A stretch of 64,000 nucleotides of DNA from an uncultured delta proteobacterium (GTDB lineage Bacteria > Myxococcota_A > Polyangia > Polyangiales > Polyangiaceae): the NCBI GenBank assembly GCA_963782055.1, contig CAWAIF010000003.1:2016001-2080000 (forward strand), in the 5' to 3' direction. This document shows, piece after piece, positions 60,371 to 64,000 of the stretch. Position numbers and translations under genes: made by a program. Positions within the stretch are counted from its first letter, which is position 1. Every line of letters begins with the position of its first letter. The notes below the pieces were generated by a model, which worked only from the letters and a program-made list of their open reading frames with translations, did not search any database and was not told the DNA's origin.

Positions 60371-61236
60371 CAGTCCACCACCCGGCCGACGAAGCGCCGC
60401 ACCGCGGGGAGCGTGGGCTCGTCGCTCACCACCCGCACGTAGGTGGCGCGGACCTTCTTGGCCAGCGCGCGCAGCCCCAGGATGAGCTGGTTCAGCCGCG
60501 CGAGGTAGGCCTCCACGGCGCCGGCGTCCATCGTCACCTCGACGACGTCGCCCGTCTCCGCGTCCTCCAGGGCGTAGTCGCCGTCGTAGCGCGGCTCCAC
60601 CTCCTCGCGGGAGAGGACCTGCACCAGGGCGATGTCGTGTCCCGCCGCCGCGGCGTGGCTGATCGCCGCGTCGAACGGCCCCGGGTCCATGAAGTCGCTG
60701 ATCACCACGAGCATGCCCGGGCGTGGCGAGCGCACGATCACCTGCTCGACGGCGCGGGAGAGATCGGTGCCGCCCTGCGGGTGGATGGCGTCGAGCTCGC
60801 GCAGGAGCTTGGTCAGGTTCGCCCGCCCGCGTGTCGGCTCGGTGACCTGGGTGAGGCTCTCGGCCGCCGCGAGCACCTGCGTGCGCTCCGAGCCGGCGAG
60901 CGCCATGTACCCGATCGCCGCCGCCATGCGCTTGGCCGCGTCCATCTTCGGCGGGTCGCCCGCGTCGAGGGAGAGGCTGGCGTCCACGAGCAGGCGGACG
61001 ATGACGTCCTCCTCGGCGCGGAAGAGCTTGAAGACGGGCTCGCCGGTGCGCGCGAAGGCGAGCCAGTCGATGCGCCGCAGGTCGTCACCCGGCGTGTAAG
61101 GACGGTGCTCGAGGAACTCCGCGCTGCCACCGCGCCGCTTGGCGAGGTGATCGCCGCCGCCGCCCGAGCGTGCGCGCACGCGCAGGCGCCGGCGGAGCGC
61201 CTCGAGCTCTCGCGCGAAGGCGGCGTCGAGCAGCAT
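60370..61236 (-). CDS. DUF58 protein (MoxR-associated)
   Basis: G.S.EF.EHR.Y.PGDDLR.IDW, D.S.S and ISDF. Confidence 0.92.
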   Translation of the reverse strand: MLLDAAFARELEALRRRLRVRARSGGGGDHLAKRRGGSAEFLEHRPYTPGDDLRRIDWLAFARTGEPVFKLFRAEEDVIVRLLVDASLSLDAGDPPKMDAAKRMAAAIGYMALAGSERTQVLAAAESLTQVTEPTRGRANLTKLLRELDAIHPQGGTDLSRAVEQVIVRSPRPGMLVVISDFMDPGPFDAAISHAAAAGHDIALVQVLSREEVEPRYDGDYALEDAETGDVVEVTMDAGAVEAYLARLNQLILGLRALAKKVRATYVRVVSDEPTLPAVRRFVGRVVD

Positions 61237-63029
61237 CAGGTCGCTCCCGAGGCCTCCGGCGTGGGGCCGTCGGGGCCCGCGGGGTCCTCCGGCGGCGGCG
61301 CCGCCGCCTCCTGCGCGGAGCCGATGACGGCCTCGTCCTCGGCGCGCAGGGCGGCCTCCGTCTGCGCGAGCTGCGCGTTCTGCTCGCGGATCAGCAGGGA
61401 GCAACGCCGCGCCGCTGCCGCCACGAGCAGGAGCCCGATGAGGCCCCAGAGCAGCGCGCACGCCAGCCCCGTCTGGATGATGGGCACCTGATCCGCCGAC
61501 GTCTTCGCCATCCACGACGCCATCACGTAGGCGTAGAAGGGGCTGGGCGAGCCGACGACGAGCCACGCCTCGTCGTGGGAGCTGGACACCACGCCGCCGA
61601 TCGCCGCGACCACCCACGGACCGGCGGCCACCAGGAAGAGCACCGCGCCGGCGATGAGGCGGCTCACCCACGGCGAGCTCCCGCGCGCGCGGAAGTACAT
61701 CACCAGCCCGGTGGTGAAGACGAAGAAGGGCGCCGAGTATGCGCCGAAGACCAGGATCTGGCCGATGTGGTCCATCCGCGAGGGCAGGGTGGCGCCGTAG
61801 GCATACGCCGGCGCCACCGAGGTCGGCGCGAAGTACATCGCCGCCGCGTCTACCCCGGTGATGCCGGCCAGGCCGAGGAAGCCGAGCAGCATCACCAGCG
61901 TCGCCGTCTTCGCGAGGCCCGGCCCGAAGAAGCGGCGCATCAGCCCGGCGTCGGAGCGCCGCCAGTGCGTGAAGACGCGACGCGAGGGGCCGGCGGGGTC
62001 GAAGGCGAAGAGCAGCGCACAGAAGGCGGCGTAGGTCGCGAACAGGGTCAGTCCGGCGATCGCCAGGCTCGAGCGATTGTCGTCGGTCGTCGCGACGGCG
62101 CTCGGGAGCGCGCACGCCATGGCGAGGAGCGGGGTGGACACCGCGAACCAGCGCTTCAGCCCGGTGGAGCGGTCGTCCGTCTCGCCGGTGAGGTTGGCGA
62201 CGGTGATCTCGTAGAGGAACCACGCCGGCACGAGCAGCAGGAGCAGCGGCACCGCCACCAGCACCAGCATGTACTCGATGCCGAAGGGCGCGCGGGTGTA
62301 CGCGAGGGGCAGCCACACCGGGAAGCCCTCCGGCACGTCGTCCCAGAGCTTGTGCACGGCGAACGACCCGCCGAAGCCGACCACGGAGTACAGCGTCGGC
62401 CCGATGCAGATCGCCAGGATGAGGGTGATGACCAGCGCGCCGCGCAGGCTGGACATCAGCGAGCTCACCGCCAGGCCGAACGCCACCGCGAGCGCCGCGA
62501 AGACGAACAGGAAGGCGAAGGCGACGATCACCTCGACCGGCGTCACGCCGCCGAAGAGGAAGGGCAGGGCGCCCACCGGCGCGAGCACCACGATGTGCAT
62601 GGCGATCGACGTGTAGGCGGCCATGAACTTGCCGCGCGCGATGTCCTTCGGGTGGAGGCCCGTCAGGAGGATCGCCTCCCACGTGCGGCCCTCGCGCTCG
62701 GAGGCGACGCTGTTGGCGGCGACGGCAGGCCCCACGATCATCACCACGAAGTAGGCGATGGAGAAGAAGGTCTGGAACAGGCCCCCGCCGAGCGAAGCCG
62801 GGCTCGTGTTGTCCGAGGCGGCGAGCCCTCCGATCGAGCACATGAGCAGCGAGATGGTGAGGCTCAGGCCGAAGAGGATCCACGGCGTGCGGCCGAGCCG
62901 CGCCGACTGGCGCATCTCGCGCATCCAGATCGCGTTGGGGTCGTGCGTGAGCCGCGCGATGAGCCCGCGCCCGCGCGGCATGGGCGGCGGGGCCATGGAG
63001 GACGGCGGCGGCGAGGCGACGGCGGCCAT
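61236..63029 (-). CDS. ABC-2-like permease with many TM helices
   Basis: NAIWMREMRQ and SEREGRTWE.ILLT.L....I..GK. Confidence 0.85.
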   Translation of the reverse strand: MAAVASPPPSSMAPPPMPRGRGLIARLTHDPNAIWMREMRQSARLGRTPWILFGLSLTISLLMCSIGGLAASDNTSPASLGGGLFQTFFSIAYFVVMIVGPAVAANSVASEREGRTWEAILLTGLHPKDIARGKFMAAYTSIAMHIVVLAPVGALPFLFGGVTPVEVIVAFAFLFVFAALAVAFGLAVSSLMSSLRGALVITLILAICIGPTLYSVVGFGGSFAVHKLWDDVPEGFPVWLPLAYTRAPFGIEYMLVLVAVPLLLLLVPAWFLYEITVANLTGETDDRSTGLKRWFAVSTPLLAMACALPSAVATTDDNRSSLAIAGLTLFATYAAFCALLFAFDPAGPSRRVFTHWRRSDAGLMRRFFGPGLAKTATLVMLLGFLGLAGITGVDAAAMYFAPTSVAPAYAYGATLPSRMDHIGQILVFGAYSAPFFVFTTGLVMYFRARGSSPWVSRLIAGAVLFLVAAGPWVVAAIGGVVSSSHDEAWLVVGSPSPFYAYVMASWMAKTSADQVPIIQTGLACALLWGLIGLLLVAAAARRCSLLIREQNAQLAQTEAALRAEDEAVIGSAQEAAAPPPEDPAGPDGPTPEASGAT

Positions 63030-64000
63030 CACTGCACCTCGCCCTTGGTGACCTCGAGGAAGATCCGCTCGAGCTCGCTGCGCTCCGGCTCCACCCCGGT
63101 GACCGCGACGTCGGCAGCCACCAGAACCTTGACGATGGCGGCCACCGCGCTGTCGTCGCCGGAGTAGGTCACCAGCGTGAGCCCGCCGCCGACGGGCGTG
63201 ACGGCGAAGACGTTGGGCGCGCCGACGAGCGCCTTCTCCACCGCCGCGCCGGAGGCGAGCGTCTTGATCTTCACTCGCTTCTTGGGCACCGCCACCGTCT
63301 GCGGCGGCGCCTCCACCACGTTGCGATAGGCGTCGGGCACCGTCATGGGCGCGGGGTCCCCTGGCTGGGGCTGCGGTGACACCAGCGTCTGGGCGGCCTG
63401 AGGCTGCGGGGGCGGCGCCGCGACGAGGCCCCGGCGCGCGTTGGCCTCCTCCAGCCGCCGCGCGATTTCGGAGATGGGGCCGGCGACCACCAGCCGGCCA
63501 CGCTCCAGGATCGCCACCGAGGTGCACACGTCGGCGAGCTCGGTGAGGATGTGGCTGGAGAGGAAGATGGTCTTGCCCATCGACCGCAGCTCCACCAAGA
63601 GGTCGCGGATCTCGATGCGGGCGCGCGGGTCGAGGTCGCTCGCCGGCTCGTCCAGGATCAGCACCTTCGGATCGTGCAGGAGGGTGCGGGCGAGCTGCAG
63701 GCGCTGCTTCATGCCCTTGGACATCGTCGCGACGAGCTTGTCCTTGAGCTTGGTGAGGTCGGTCAGCTCCATCACCGCGTCGACGACGGCGTAGTTGCCG
63801 TCGGGGGCGACCTTGTAGGCGTCGGCGAAGAACTCCAGGTACTCGCGCACCGTCACCCGTTCGTAGACGCCGGCGTGGTCGGGCATGTAGCCGATGATCT
63901 TGCGCACCGCCTCCGGGTCGACGGAGACGTCGAAGCCGTCCACCTCCACCCGGCCGGCGAGCGGCTCGAGGAGCGTCGCCATGACGCGGATGGTCGTCGT
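63029..64000 (-). CDS. ABC transporter ATPase (5' end beyond the window)
   Basis: Frame open to the window edge (..TTTIRVM); IGYMPD, MSKGMKQR, ILDEPASDLD and SSHIL. Confidence 0.92.
   Translation of the reverse strand, partial: TTTIRVMATLLEPLAGRVEVDGFDVSVDPEAVRKIIGYMPDHAGVYERVTVREYLEFFADAYKVAPDGNYAVVDAVMELTDLTKLKDKLVATMSKGMKQRLQLARTLLHDPKVLILDEPASDLDPRARIEIRDLLVELRSMGKTIFLSSHILTELADVCTSVAILERGRLVVAGPISEIARRLEEANARRGLVAAPPPQPQAAQTLVSPQPQPGDPAPMTVPDAYRNVVEAPPQTVAVPKKRVKIKTLASGAAVEKALVGAPNVFAVTPVGGGLTLVTYSGDDSAVAAIVKVLVAADVAVTGVEPERSELERIFLEVTKGEVQ

Overview
High-GC (roughly 70-75% by eye) bacterial chromosomal window whose gene content suggests Myxococcota, Polyangiales/Sorangiineae-like: four Hanks-type Ser/Thr kinases, PEGA/TPR proteins, an AGPS-like flavoprotein and many lipoproteins. 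No phage, transposase, integrase or CRISPR array is visible. Main contents: (1) a 7-gene cytoplasmic amide-ligase/hydrolase cluster at 1.5-9.7 kb (esterase, two ATP-grasp paralogues, a circularly permuted ATP-grasp, a YbdK-type ligase, a class-I glutamine amidotransferase-like protein and an S8 protease), the best candidate for an uncharacterised peptide-building/removing system. (2) Three dispersed MarR-type cassettes, two about 88% identical in protein. Each lies between convergent genes and carries a sigma-54 promoter and TGTC-N4/5-GACA boxes; the two long copies also have a long palindrome and G-tracts. (3) An ATP-dependent DNA ligase with a QLSLF clamp motif. (4) An aerobic benzoyl-CoA box cluster (aldehyde dehydrogenase, boxR, boxC, boxB, no boxA) with four operator-like palindromes. 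(5) Metal ABC and HlyD-ABC transporters. (6) Housekeeping genes: rpmE, DUF1385, prfA, HIT, yitJ-type, tRNA-Ile2(CAU), C4 zinc ribbon and a degenerate gpsA. (7) A partial ABC-DUF58-BatA/vWA-vWA operon followed by a metallopeptidase. Many genes look leaderless. All family calls come from motif recognition by eye, not database searches, and start codons were re-picked by hand where the ORF track over-extends.
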